DNA of 64,000 nt from assembly GCF_009914755.1 (NCBI RefSeq), contig NC_060938.1; one strand, 5' to 3'. This document shows positions 1 to 25,336 of the stretch, piece by piece. The position numbers and the translations under genes are program-made. The DNA comes from the human T2T-CHM13v2.0 reference genome, Homo sapiens. Under the pieces are notes generated by a model, which worked only from the letters and a program-made list of their open reading frames with translations, had not been told where the DNA came from and did not search any database. The first letter of the stretch is position 1, and every line of letters starts with the position of its first letter.

Positions 1-480
<480 letters not shown>

Positions 481-1374
481 AGATATTAAAAACCACAACT
501 TCCAATTCAAATCCAACATCACAGGGTTTATTTCAGCCTTTTCTCTTTTCCATATATAAAACTCCTTTCTCCAACAATGAAAAAACTTGACTCCCATTAT
601 CCTCAATACACTTACTCATTTGTTCAGTCCTAGAACTGACAAAAAACAGTTTCAAAATTGCTAATTCATACCACTACAAAAGAAAAGCCTAGAAACTAGG
701 ATTCACTATTGTTCATATTTCAATATTCATTTCATTATATTCATTGTATTATATATCTTCAATATGTTATATTCATTTCATTATATTTCATTATTCATCA
801 CTGTTTATATATTCATTACTGTTTATGTTTCTGTTCACCTTGAGTTTAAGAGTATACCATTTCACTTATCTTTAAGTGGAGGTGAAATACAGTTAGGTTC
901 ATCTGATTCTGTTTATACTTTTAGGGTTTTATCCCTATCCTTATTGATTTTTTGTTTTTCATAAAACATTAGCATGACATTCTCAACTGATGTCATAAAA
1001 ATTGTAACCAGGATTCTCTCTCTCACTGACGTTGGAATAGAGCTTTACAATTTAGGAAGTATATTTCCCATAAAAAATGAACCTTTCCATAGCCACTGCA
1101 AGCATCTACCAACACCCCACCCAGGCCCAGCTGTTTCCTAGGAATCACTGTCTTTGGGTAATACAGAAAGAAGGGATAAAATGAAATGGGTGAACCCTAT
1201 TTCAGCAACCTCATAGATCATTACTTGTAAGGTAGCTTCAAACTGTGCTCCCTGTAGTGATGCCACAAGGTGCAAGGGCAGGACCCAGTAGGTAGAATTA
1301 TAAGTCCCTGCCCTGTCTTCAGTTAAAGCTGCTATGCTTTTACTAGTATAATATATTGGGCTTTAGCCTCAGAT

Positions 1375-1650
1375 TTTGTTCATTCAACTCACAAATATTT
1401 ATTGAGTGTCTATGCTTGCCAGGCACTGTTCTTGGTGCTTAGGATACTTCAGTGAACAAATCCATCATGGGACTTACATTCTAGTTGTGTGGGAGACAAA
1501 CAATAAACATAAGTAAATTATATAGCTAGTTATAAAACCTTAAAGCTGTAGAAAAATTTTGAACAAGGTAAAGGAGTTTAGAAATAGGGTCAGGAAGAAG
1601 AAACATAATTTGCAGTATCAGAATGTTTGAGTTAGGCCTCACTGAGAAAG
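1375..1650 (-). mobile_element. L2 3' fragment
   Basis: ttcattcaa...aaatatttattgagtg..tatg..tgccaggcactgttct L2 3'-end signature. Confidence 0.7.
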
Positions 1651-1659
1651 GAAAGCTTC

Positions 1660-2275
<616 letters not shown>

Positions 2276-2673
2276 AAAAGCTTCCTTTTGTATATTTTAT
2301 TAGGCTTGAAAGTCACTGGCAAAGAAGAATTAGCTGCCCAATTTTCCAGCTGGTGCCAACCCTGTGTCTACAGGTCCAAGGATAGCCCACAGGAAAGAAA
2401 GACATAAAATATTTTCCTTCCTTCTTTCAGAGAACCTTGTGCCAAAATCTGGGAATGGTGGTTCTTTCTCTGTCCAGATCCTTCTATTTCATAAGTAATT
2501 GAATATTTCTCCTAGATTCTGGCAAAGGGTTTTCCACCCATCTCAATTTCAGAAATATTAAATGTTTATTTTCCTTCTAATTATTATAGTGGGAGATTGG
2601 CATAGGCAACATCAGAACTGCTAACCAAATACTTTTTTAGGAAACTTTTTTTTAGCCCTTTAAGTTACATTAA

Positions 2674-2913
<240 letters not shown>

Positions 2914-3614
2914 TGATCTGCCCGCTTCGGACACCCAAAGTGCGTGAGCCACTGCGCCTGGCCTAGAAACCTTGTTCTTCTAACCTTTAAGTTATTTGCT
3001 AAGGTGTTGCCTCTGGCTTCAAGAGATTATAAATGACTTGTCAGCCTGGCCTATATTAACTTTTATCCTATTCAAGTCACACTATCATTTCCTTGACTTT
3101 ACAATCAACAAAAGACTAAGATATCTAGTCTTTCTTAGTTGTCCTAAATCATATCAGTCAAGTCCTAAAAAATTGAGTTTGTTTGCACCCAAGTACAGAA
3201 TTTTATAATAATCACAGATAACATTTCATCGTCCCTTACTATGTGCCAGCTATTAAGAGCCTTATGTTTATTACTTCTTTTATATTTTACAACAATCCCC
3301 ATTTTATGGATGAAGAAACTGAGACATAAAGAGATTAAGTAACTTGTTCAAGGTAACATAGCCTCTAAGTAGCAGAGCTGGAATCAAAATCCCAGGTAAT
3401 GTGTGTCATTAACTATGCATATTAAACTGATTCTCAAAAAATCTTTATATAATGCATATTAAATTCCATATTGCTATGCCAAATCCAGCCTGTAGAAAAA
3501 AAATGAGACTTCAATTCTATCATACAACATATATGCCATTTTTCAAAGTTTTAACTGAGTATTTGATCAGCATGCCATGAAGGGATGCAACCAAGCTATT
3601 AATAAAAAATGTGA

Positions 3615-6995
<3,381 letters not shown>

Positions 6996-7289
6996 CTTAA
7001 AAATTGCCACCAGATTCAAAGAGGCGGCTAAAAAGACCTCTCCATGATCAAGGAGCAATGGAACCATATACATTTGCCCTTTATATATGGCATTTTACCC
7101 AATTAACTCAACTACCTGAACTATCAAGCAACTCACATTTCTAAATCTTATCAAAAATCATTTCTCAAAAAACTAGTACTTCCTCCTCCTTCATCAGGGG
7201 AAAGCACGTAAGTGTTGCTTTTTAATTTAATTTAAAAATGATTTTTAATGAACTTTGTAAAAAAAATTATTACTTGAACCAGAAAACAT

Positions 7290-8345
7290 GTTCATTCATT
7301 CAACAAATTATGTATTGACAACTAATTACAAGATAAGTATTCTTCTATAGAGATATAGCAGAGAATGAAACAAACCCTCTACCCTCACGGTAGTTGCACT
7401 TTATTTGGAGAGACTGTCAAAATAATGAAGAAACAAATACATAATATGTTGAGACATATAAAGAAAAATCAAGTAGGATTGGAGAAAAGAAAGTGTTGGG
7501 ATTGGGGAACAGGGTAGAAAGGAGGCGGCTCTTCTAAATAAATAGTTAAGAGACGGCTTCATTTGTTAGGTTATATTTGAGCAAACAGATCTAAAGGCAG
7601 TTGAGTAGTAAGAGGGCAAGCCCAAGTACATAGGTGGAAGAGAGCACTCCAGGTGGAAGGAACAAGTGTACAGGTCCTGAGGCAAGTGTACAAGTCCTTT
7701 AGATGGAAGTTGCAGTGTTAGAGGAATAACAAGGAGATGATGTGGGTACAATATACTAAGTGAAGGGAGGCGAGGAAATGAGGTTGGAAAGAAAGCCGAA
7801 TGTTTCAGAAAGTTTCAGAGGCCATTCCAAGTACTTGGGCTTCTGTTCCTAATAAGGTAAAAGCTACTAAAGGGTTCTGAGAGTAGGAATAACGAGATTT
7901 ATGTTTTTTAAGAATCACCTTGGTTATTGTATTATAAATAGATCATAAAACAGGGAACCAGTTAGAAAACTATTAAATTAATCCAGATGAGAGGTGACAA
8001 TAGCTTGGACCAGAGTGACAACAGTAGAGGTATGTCAGGGAGATGGTCCACTTCCTGTTTGCGCCCCCAGCTCCAGGAGAAACCGCATCTGAAGCCTAGC
8101 TGCAACAGAAATTGCCAAATGAGTAGGTTTACAATAATCCACAGTCATTTTCCAAGACCTCTGCACATGGTAGGATTCTGGACGTTATCTTATGGGTAGA
8201 ACTAACAGGATTTTGTTAATGAATTGGAAATACAGAGTGAGAGTGAAAGATGACTCTAAGATTGCTGACCTGAGCAATCGGAAGAATGGAGTTGCCATTT
8301 ATTGTGAGATGCAGCAGACAGAAGGAGGAGCAGGTTGAAGGGAAC
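7290..8345 (-). mobile_element. L2 fragment containing a ~120-bp foreign insert
   Basis: ttcattcattcaacaaa end; aatccagatgagaggtgacaatagcttggaccag and tgagcaatcggaagaatggagttgccatt L2 motifs. Confidence 0.75.
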
Positions 8346-8586
8346 AAATCAAAAGTTTGTTAGCCTGATAAAATGTAAAGGTTTATGACTGAGATAGTTA
8401 CATGTCACACTAAATTTTTTTAATGACAAGCTAGTTCCTACTCTAGCACACATGTCACTTTCATCATTAAATAGTCTTAACCCCCAACTCTGAATGTAGT
8501 AACTCTTCCCTCTGAATCACCAATTTTTTTCATTTCTTATACTATTTGTTATATTGTAACTATTGGTGTATGCCATGATCCCATAG

Positions 8587-8881
<295 letters not shown>

Positions 8882-10120
8882 TGACCAGGCTGGTCTCAAA
8901 CTCCTAACCTCAAGTGATCTGCCCACCTCAGCCTCCCAAAGTGCTGGGATTACAGGCATGAGCCACTGCACCCGGCCTCAATTAGTTCTTTTAATTCTTC
9001 TATTATCACTTTTATTGTTAGTATTTAACCAGCAAGAAAATTCAGGTTCAGAGATATTAAATAACTGCTCCAAAGAAACACAGTTAATAAGACAACTAAT
9101 ACTTAAACTCAGGTTTGTCTAAATCTAAAGGCAGCATTCCACATTGTCTTTAATCAACCTCGGTACCTAATTTAGAACCTTGTCTATGAAAGGTACCTAA
9201 TATATTTCTATACAATAAATAACTAGATAAATCTCTCTGTCTTGGGACAGAAAACACTGAAGAGAAGGTATATTAGAGTCAGACCAATGATCAGAACAGA
9301 ATTGGAAGAAAAAGAAAAAAAAAAGGTAAGAAAATCCTTAATATGGCTTATAAAGCTTGAAACGATTTAGCCCTTGCCCATCAGACCAAGCTTCTTTGAT
9401 GCTTTAAACCTGCCATGCTTCTTTTCCCTTCAAGGTCTCTAAGCCATACATAGTTCTAACAACCCATTATTTTTCCCTAAGTTAATTCTACTCATCCTCA
9501 GAGCTCTGCTCAAATATTACTTCCTCAAAGTAGCTGTCCTTGACCATCCCCCACTCTAACTAAGCCAGCTACCACTATAAGAAGTTCATAACACTCTGTA
9601 CATCTCCTTATCACAATTTTAAATAAAGGCACCTTTCCTCCCTACAAGAATATAAGCTGCATGAAGGCAGAATCCTCATATGTTTGCCTTACTGCAGTGA
9701 TTAAAATATGCTTAAAATTGTTTAATACTGTTTTATTATAAATTAATATTGTTTAAAAATGAATAAATAGTAATAAATAATTATAAGTAATTAATAAAAA
9801 CAAATAAATAATGCAAGTAAGAGAAGACAGGCCAAAATACCAGAGAAAAATAAAATGCAGAGTTAAGCTTGACATTCTCCACTGCTTTGTTTCTGCTGGG
9901 GCAACCAGCTTCAAACCAGAGCTTTTGGAAACCTCACAGCGACAGAAATTACAGTTCACAGCTACCAAGACAGGCAGATTTGTGGCGCTAAAATCCCAGA
10001 AAAAAAGCAATCACAGAAAAGACAGCCTGGACATGCTATATTGCTTTTGCCCTTGGGGTATTTACTGAATCCCAACATGCGGAGGCAAAGTGCCTTTTTA
10101 AAATTATTATTATTTTTTGA

Positions 10121-10225
<105 letters not shown>

Positions 10226-10699
10226 TGAGCAGCTGGGATTACAGGCGCATGCCATCATGCCTGGCTAATTTTTGTATTTTTAGTAGAGACAGGGTTTTAC
10301 CATGTTGGCCAGGCTGGTCTTGAACTCCTGACCTCAGGTGATCCACCTGCCTCAGCCTCCCAAAGTGCCACTGCGCCCAGCCAAAGTGCCTATTTTTATA
10401 GCAAAAAAAAAAAAAAGTAAGCAGAACTTTAGGTAGTCTCACAGAAAAATTAAGAGTCCAGGGCCTGACAAGAAGGAGAGGCCCTGACACATACCCTAGG
10501 TACCTCTGGTACCTCTGAAATACAATACTCTTGAAGTGGAAACTAGATTTAAACCAGCCCTTGAGAACCATAAAACAAAGCCTCAGATCATCTCAAGTCC
10601 ATATTACAACAATGTCATCTACTCCTACTTTTAACTACCATCAGAGAGGAGAAAAACAAATCCTCTCTACAGAACAGTATCATCATAAAGAGCCTCTAT

Positions 10700-12520
<1,821 letters not shown>

Positions 12521-12872
12521 AAAAAACTATAATTTTTTTTGAGACAGGGTCTGGCTCTCTCGCCTACGCTGGAGTGCCATAGGGTGATCTTGGCTAACTG
12601 CAACCTCTGCCTCCGAGGCTCAAACCATCCTCCCACCTCAGCCTTCCAAGTAGCTGAGATTATAGGCACGTGCCACCACGCCTGGCTTTTTTGCTTGTTT
12701 GTTTGTTTGTTTGTTTGTTAGAGATGAGGTCTTGCCATGTTGCCTAGGCTGGTCTTGAACTCTGGAGCTCAAGTGATCCTCCTGCCTCGGCCTCCCAAAA
12801 TGCTGAGATTACAGGTGTGAGCCACCATGCCCAGCCAAATAACTGTAATTTTTTTTTTTTTTTTTTTTTTGA

Positions 12873-12977
<105 letters not shown>

Positions 12978-13007
12978 TGAGTAGCTGGGATTACAGGCAT
13001 GAGCCAC

Positions 13008-13809
<802 letters not shown>

Positions 13810-14744
13810 TAGTAATGATCGGAGTAATTGAAAAATTCGTTGCAATGGAGAAAATGAGTTTGATAGTTAAGGCCCACAGTTACTTACTTCAAATAAGTAC
13901 TTTTATTTCAATATCTATAGATTCTGAAGTATTGTACACTGATAAAATGCTGTCTGACAACCTTAACTAGCGGGCTTTTCTAGAATATTACCATGAAAGT
14001 CCTAGGAACCTCCTATTTTTTTTTAATAGTTCAAAGTGATTTAAGAAGAACTGTTATTAACCAGGATCAGGGGTGCAAGCCTCTGGTCTCAGCTATTGTT
14101 GAGGCAGGAGGATCACTTGAGGCCAGGAGTTTGAGACTACAGCATGCTATGATGGCATCTGTGAACAGCCACTGCACTCCAGCCTGGGCAACATAGTGAG
14201 ATGCCATCTCAAAAAACAAAGAACTTCTGTATTTCAAAAACCTTCAAATTGCAACAGATATATAGCTTTTAATTGAATAGATTGCAGGTAATTAAATATT
14301 TACTTTTTACTTACTCCCTCGCAGCACTTCAATATCCTTTCTTATCCTTTTCTCTACCACTACCCACCCATACACCACCAGAGAAAGAAGCTGATCCAAC
14401 GCTGCTACAATTCCAGATTTTTTTTTAACTTGTCAGCATTAAGTAGGTCAGTTTTCTGCTCTAGTGGGTGTTTTGGCAATAGGTTCTCTTATTGGAATAC
14501 AGTGACTACTCTGCCTGGTAAGCACATACCACAAAGAAAAAAGGCTTTGAATAACTCTCCCTTAGGCTCCTGATTGCAAGAAGAAAATCCCTTAGCCTTA
14601 ACTACCAGGAAATTCTGACAGAAAAACAAAACGCTATAGAAATAAAGAAAATTCCCATTCAACATTTGTTCTATATAGTGAAGTCTAAAGATCTTAAAAA
14701 CCCTCGGTATCCAGCAACCCATAAGGATTTTGCTGAGAATTTGA

Positions 14745-15152
<408 letters not shown>

Positions 15153-15171
15153 TATCAGGTGTCTTATTAAG

Positions 15172-16278
15172 TGACATGGTTTGGCTGTGTCCTTACCCTG
15201 ATCCCCTCTTGAATTGTAGTTCCCATAATCCCCATGTGTCATGCGAAGGAATCATGGGGCGGTTACCCCCATGCTGCTGTTCTCATGATAGCAAGTGATA
15301 TGTTTATACACGACGGTTTAATTCTTTACACAATCCTGTGAAATAGGTCATGGTATCGTATCTCCTTTAGGGGTAGAGAAAAGGATAAGAAAGGATATTG
15401 AAGTGCTACAAGGGAGTCCTTTTGTAAAAAACCTCACAAAATCTGATGGTTTTATAAGAGGCTTTTCCCCTTTTGCTTGGCACTTCTCCTTCCTGCTACC
15501 ATATGAAGGACGTGTTTGCTTTCCCTTCTGGCACAACTGTAAGTTTCCTGAGGCCTCCCCAGCCATGCTAAACTGTGAGTCAATTAAAGAGACCTCCGGT
15601 GACTGAGGTACAAGAATCGCTTGAACCTGGGAGGCGGAAGTTGCAGTGAGCTGAGATCATGCTACTGCACTCCAGCCTGGGCTACAGAGCAATACCCAAT
15701 CTCAAAAAAAAAAAAACAAAAACAAACAAACAAACAAAAAACCAAAAAGGCCACTAGTCATATGTAGCTATTTTGATTTAAATTAATTAAAATGGAATAA
15801 CATTAAATCTCTAGGTCAGGCTCAGTGGCTCACACCTATAATTCTAGGACTTTGGGAGGCAGGAGGATCATTTGAGCCCAGGAGTTTGAGATCAGCCTGG
15901 GCAACAAAGCAAGACTCTGTCTCTACCAAAAAAAAAAAAAAAAAAAAAAATTAGCTGGTATGCACCTATAGCTCCAGCTACTAGAGGAGGATGACTTGAG
16001 ACCAGGAGGTCAAGGCTGCAGTGAGCTATGATCATACCACTTCCAGCTTGGGCGACCAAGTGAGACCCTGTCTCTAAAAAAATAAAATAAAATAAAACTT
16101 CAGTTCCTCAAACTAGCCACATTTCAAGTGCTCGCTGGTTAATGGCTACCATATTGGATAGCATAAATATTGAACATTTTCGTTTCAGAAAGTTCTGGGC
16201 CAGGCATGAGCTCTTTCCACTACAAATTACCCAGTCTCGGGTATGTCTTTATTAGCAGTGTGAGAATGGACTAATACA
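15172..16278 (+). mobile_element. THE1 (ERVL-MaLR) solo LTR carrying templated insertions
   Basis: Starts tgacatggtttggctgtgtcc, ends gagaatggactaataca; 5-bp TSD TTAAG at 15167-15171 and 16279-16283. Confidence 0.9.
15594..16208 (-). repeat. Right arm (inserted copy) of the inverted duplication
   Basis: Inverted copy of AluS part + MER3 + AluJ from 13008-13591, placed between caattaaa and ctctttcc of the THE1 LTR. Confidence 0.95.
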
Positions 16279-16651
16279 TTAAGAATTCTAATAGAAGAAA
16301 CCTTATCACTAAAACTAAAATTCTGGAAAACCTTTCCTTGTAAGATATAACTTCCTTGTGGGGAAATATTTTTTAATTTAAAAAAGTCAAATAAATTTAA
16401 ACTTTTAATGATTGTATTATAGCAGAAAGTAAATCTGGTGTTTATCAGAATAAGTTATTTATATAGAATAAAGTTGGTATCTTTTTTTTTCAGCTAGGCT
16501 TATGGCTGATCTAATTTAAAAATCAACGTTGTTTCTTTATTGTGGATCTGATAACTCAGTTTTACACTTTTAATCATTTGTAAATCAAATATTAAGGAAG
16601 AAACTTGACAGGTGTATATTTAACCAGCCACCTTCAAACTATAAAACCTTG

Positions 16652-17621
<970 letters not shown>

Positions 17622-18548
17622 CATCTCTTCATTTTATAAGGAGGGCAAAAGTTTAAAGTTAATACTATTCTCATGTTCAAAGATAAGGAAGTTCACACAT
17701 GAAGAAAATGACTTTGAAATTATATAATTCAATAGTCACTGTTTAAAATGGGATAATAATGTATACCTCCTGATTTCCACTTGCATTCATTCCTCTTCAA
17801 TGTACTACCTTAAATGATACTATCAGAAACACACAGGTTATGTGCACCACCTTATCCTATAGGTTTATATACCAAAAGACCACCAAAAGTTTAATCTACA
17901 TTTTATATACTTATTACAAAAATGAAATATACCAAAAAACATTATAACATAACCCATGTTAGGAAAACATGTAAAGAACATTTTTAAAAAATAAAGGAAA
18001 ATGACAGATGAGAAAAGAAAAAATATAAATCCATAATAGAAATATTTGATCCAACATTCTATTTCTAGGGGCTATACTAAGGGCATAATATAAGTACACA
18101 AAGGTAAATGTAAAAGAATGTTCATTGTAATACCATTTGTGATAGTAAAAATTATAAGCTTAATTATCAAAAAATGGGAACAAGTTGAATAGATTATGGT
18201 ATATCTAAACCACGGCATACAATGTGACTTTTAAAATTATTAAGTGCTAAGAGGAGCCCCTCCTCCAAGAACATATTAGCATATTGGAATAGAGGGCAAA
18301 TGTAGTTTGAAAAAACATTCCAAAGTTATCATTGGTTTGATTTGCTTTTAGAAACAGTAATTAATTTATTTTGAAATTTTATTAAACATTAAAGTGAGAT
18401 TTTTGTATTTATCAAAGGAATTTTTCATGTTATCTGTTCAAACATCAAAGATCCAATCTTTCTTTGAAGCCTTCCCCAATCCTCCAAAGCAAAGTCAGAT
18501 GTTCCCCCCACTGTTTCCCAAATCACTCTTGAGATACCTTTGTTATAG

Positions 18549-18971
<423 letters not shown>

Positions 18972-18993
18972 TAGGCCCTCAATATAAGACTTG

Positions 18994-19045
18994 TTGAATA
19001 TATTCAACCTCTATTTTTGAAAATAGAGGTTGAATATATATTCAA
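18994..19045. repeat. Perfect 20-bp inverted repeat (2-nt loop) with nested palindromes
   Basis: atatattcaacctctatttt tg aaaatagaggttgaatatat at 18998-19039. Confidence 0.95.
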
Positions 19046-19544
19046 ACTCTTTTTCTGCTATATTAGATACTCTACCTTGGCCAACTTTTTAAACCTTTCT
19101 CAGCCTTGGTTTTCTTTTCAGCAACAATGGGGATACAACACTATGACCTATTTCATAGGACTGTATAAGGAATTAAACCATCGTGCATAAACATATTTGG
19201 TCTCACTGGTGTATAAATGGCAATGAAAAAATCCTTTTCAGTGGATTTTTTTTCTTTTTTTTTTTTTGGATGACTGCATCTCCTTAGAACTGAAATGACT
19301 GAAATTATACAGATAATAATCTTGCAAAAATTTAAATTTTAAAAAATCATTTCTATCACATGGGACACAAATATCTAAAAGAAAAAAGAAAAAGAAAAAA
19401 TCATTTTCAGTTGCATCTGTCAGGGGTTTATTATTTAATTAAATAATTATTTTTATTATTGATTGTCAATAATAAAATCACTAATTACTCTAACAATGAT
19501 TCATTCTCCTATTTCAGACAGCTGTGAGCATCCATGATAAAGGT

Positions 19545-19706
19545 CAGTGGTTCTCAAGCTTTAGCATACATAAAAATCACTTAGATGGCTTAATGTACAG
19601 ATTGCTGGGCCTCACCCCTAAGGTTTCTAACACAGTAGGTCTGGGATGAGGCCCCAGCATTTGCATTACTAACAAGCCCCTAGATGGTGCACATTTGAGA
19701 ACTATT
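19545..19706. mobile_element. MER5A (hAT-Charlie)
   Basis: cagtggttctcaa...cagattgctgggcc...cagtaggtctggg...atttgcatt.ctaacaag...tttgagaac. Confidence 0.8.
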
Positions 19707-19899
19707 TATATAGGTAATTCAGCAATCAAGTGATACCAACAGGTAGAGGTGGGAGGAGTTGTAGTTTTCTGGCAATCTCATTAAATGTCCTAAGAGATGA
19801 AAAGACTACTATTGTCCACAGAATTGGGTTCTACTCAAATACTTTATTATAAAATAATCCTGGAAGACTGTTGTACATCTGTTTACCAATTCTACTGGG

Positions 19900-20333
19900 G
19901 AACTTCCTACCCATTTTGTGTATATACGGAAGAGGAGTAAGTGCAGGGAACATTAACTAAATCACCCAAGCCAGTCCAAAATCTTCCCCAGGGTTTTTTG
20001 TTTTGCTTTGTTTTGTTTTTTACATGATGGGGAAATATTACCTTGATTCCTGTAGGATTGCAACTATACAACCAATGTGAACTGGAGGTGCTTGCAACCA
20101 TCTTCCCTTGATTACCTGAAGAAAGCTCATCTCAGGAGAAGTAAGGCCAAGAGGCAAAGGAAAACAGAGCTGAGAAATACAGGATCAAAGTAAAAGCCCC
20201 TGAAGGTCATTCTTGCCCCTAAATCTGTGCTATATCAGGTTTGATTGGATTAATTAATTACTTGAGCCAATAACTCTTTTTCCCCCTTAAAATGGGTTTC
20301 TGTCCCCTGCAATTATGAGTCCTAACTAAAACT
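19900..20333 (+). mobile_element. Old MLT1-type LTR fragment
   Basis: 3' end tgagccaataa...gggtttctgtc.cctgcaa...gagtcctaactaa. Confidence 0.5.
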
Positions 20334-21894
20334 GTGAATGAGTGAAAAAGTTGAATGCAAAGGCTCTAATAACACCTAGCTCTCCATGATAACATTTGAA
20401 AGAGAAATAGATTTTCAGATGAGAAGACATTTTGGCTGGTAGCCTGCAATCTGAAAGAGGCTACCACACTTGGAACTGTGACTGAAACTGTTTCACAAGC
20501 TTACAAGTAAGCTTCAATCAATACCTCAGGAAATTAGACAGTTGTGCCTTAGTCGATATCTAACCTGATTAAACTTTATTGGCTGTAGTTTATAGTCAAC
20601 ACAGATCTCTAAGTCTAGCCACACAGTGTCATATATTTATTTGGCCTATAATAACAATAATTAAATGTTGCAATTTACTCTTCCATTCACTGATTCTCTA
20701 TTATATTAAGACACCATGATAACATCTAGCAGGTAGCAGTTCAAAAGAAAGAAAACCAGATTTAGGAACCATCTACACTGAGATGACAACCAAAGCTAGG
20801 AAAACTGAGTAAGTCTACCAAGGGTAAGAGGATCCTTAACCTGGTCCACACATGAGATTGGGGGATTTTTTTCTGGGCGGGGGGAGTTCTATGAAGTCCC
20901 AAAGTTGTAGGCAAAATTTAATAGACATGTGCGTTTTTCTGGGAGGAGGGGTCACTGCTTACGTCAGATTCTGCAAGAAGGATAAGAACCCAAAAAGGTT
21001 AACAGTGGTGAGGGGAGGAAATTATCAAGAGGGAACTGTGAAGAACACTTACTCATATTAAAAGAAGTTGAGAAGTTGAAAGGAATCTATAAATTACTAA
21101 GTGTCTATGTGAACAGTGCTGTGCACATTATATATCACATTGCATTTAATCCTGATAATAATCTGAGATGGTTTTCAGCAGCCCAATTTTACAGGTAAGA
21201 AAACTAAAGCACAGAGAAATTAAGTGGCTTGACTAAGGCTAGACAGCTATCCAGTCTACCACACTGTAGTGGAAGGTAAGATGAGTTATAAAATAAGGGG
21301 GCTATCATTCCAATTGCAATATTCACCATTTCTTTCAGAGCAGTAACTCTGACAACTAATTGTTAGGTCAAGAACATAAACTTTGGAGATAGCAATAAGA
21401 ACAAAATCATGGAATGCTTAATTAAATCACATGATTTCTAAGGCTGTATAAATCTGGAAGATTGGCAATTTGACAGACTCTAATGCCATCATAAAATCAA
21501 CAGTTTGTTTACAAAGCACTCATTCTAGCAAAAAGTCACTGAAGGCTGGAAGGCTGGAATAAGAGCCAGTTTTAATGTTTGCAGTTGCTCTTTAGTAACA
21601 ATGCATCATCAAAAAACACTAGGTGTCAATAACCCAGTGCCAATGAAATATGGCAAACCTGCCTAAATTATTATTCTTTTCACCAATACTTGTGAATTCT
21701 GGCTCCTAATCTAATAAAAGTCTTTAAAATAAAGCACTTTCATTTTATTGTCTCTCTGAGCCAAGAAGAGTCACAAGTTTTTGCTGGGATCTTTTCCCCT
21801 CTTCTAATAGCTTTGCACCATTAGTAGCAACTTTCATAGCAAGTGGGTCTTAATATTAATACTTTTTTTGCATAATCTTAACTGTTTAAGTTTA

Positions 21895-23661
<1,767 letters not shown>

Positions 23662-24301
23662 TTAATGTGCCAGAGATGAGGAATGAAACATAGGTTAATC
23701 ATTCACATAGGGATTAAAAGTAGGTATTCATATGTATAGCTACACGTGACATTAGGTGTTCTACAGGCAATGCATAGTTTTTCCTGTGTCTCAACTGTCC
23801 TCTTTGAAAAAATGGAAATAACCTTAAAATACATTATTGTTGAAGACAATGAAGGTGAATTGAGTTCTAGAATGGCTAGATGGATACAGACACAGCTGAA
23901 AGAGAAATAAAATCCTTAACATAGCTGTTTCTTCTATATATGGAAAATAAGTCTAAATTGGAGTTGATATCAACTTCAGGTAGAAATGAAAACTAACATA
24001 GTCTTTTTTATTTTTATTTTTTTTATTTTTTAGAGACAGGCACATGCCATACACCAGCTAATTTTTTATTTTTATTTCTTGTAGAGATAGGGACTTATTC
24101 TGTCACCTGGCTGGGGTGCAGTGGCACGACCATAGCTCACTGTAACCTCAAACTCCTGGGCTCAAGTGATCCTCCTGCCTCAGTCTCCCAAAGTGCTGAG
24201 ACTACAGGCATGAGCTACCATACCTAGCCAGCCTGCCCCTCTATCCATCCATCTACCCATCTATCCATCTATCTAATCTATCTATTTACTTTAATTATTA
24301 G

Positions 24302-24335
<34 letters not shown>

Positions 24336-24337
24336 AA

Positions 24338-24642
<305 letters not shown>

Positions 24643-24751
24643 TAGAATACAGTTTTGCAATATGCAACTAAAGACCTTAAAATGAACATATATTGAGGAA
24701 TATTTCACACAGAATCATCAGACCAATCAGATAATTTACGGTATATCTATA

Positions 24752-25268
<517 letters not shown>

Positions 25269-25336
25269 AAAAAATGGACTTCTATGAAACCATTAAAAAT
25301 GAAGATCTATATTCATTGATATGATATATATGCATG

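Noticed and set aside
13882-13887. Minus-strand GTAAGT donor motif
   Set aside because: No convincing paired acceptor; such hexamers are frequent in long introns.
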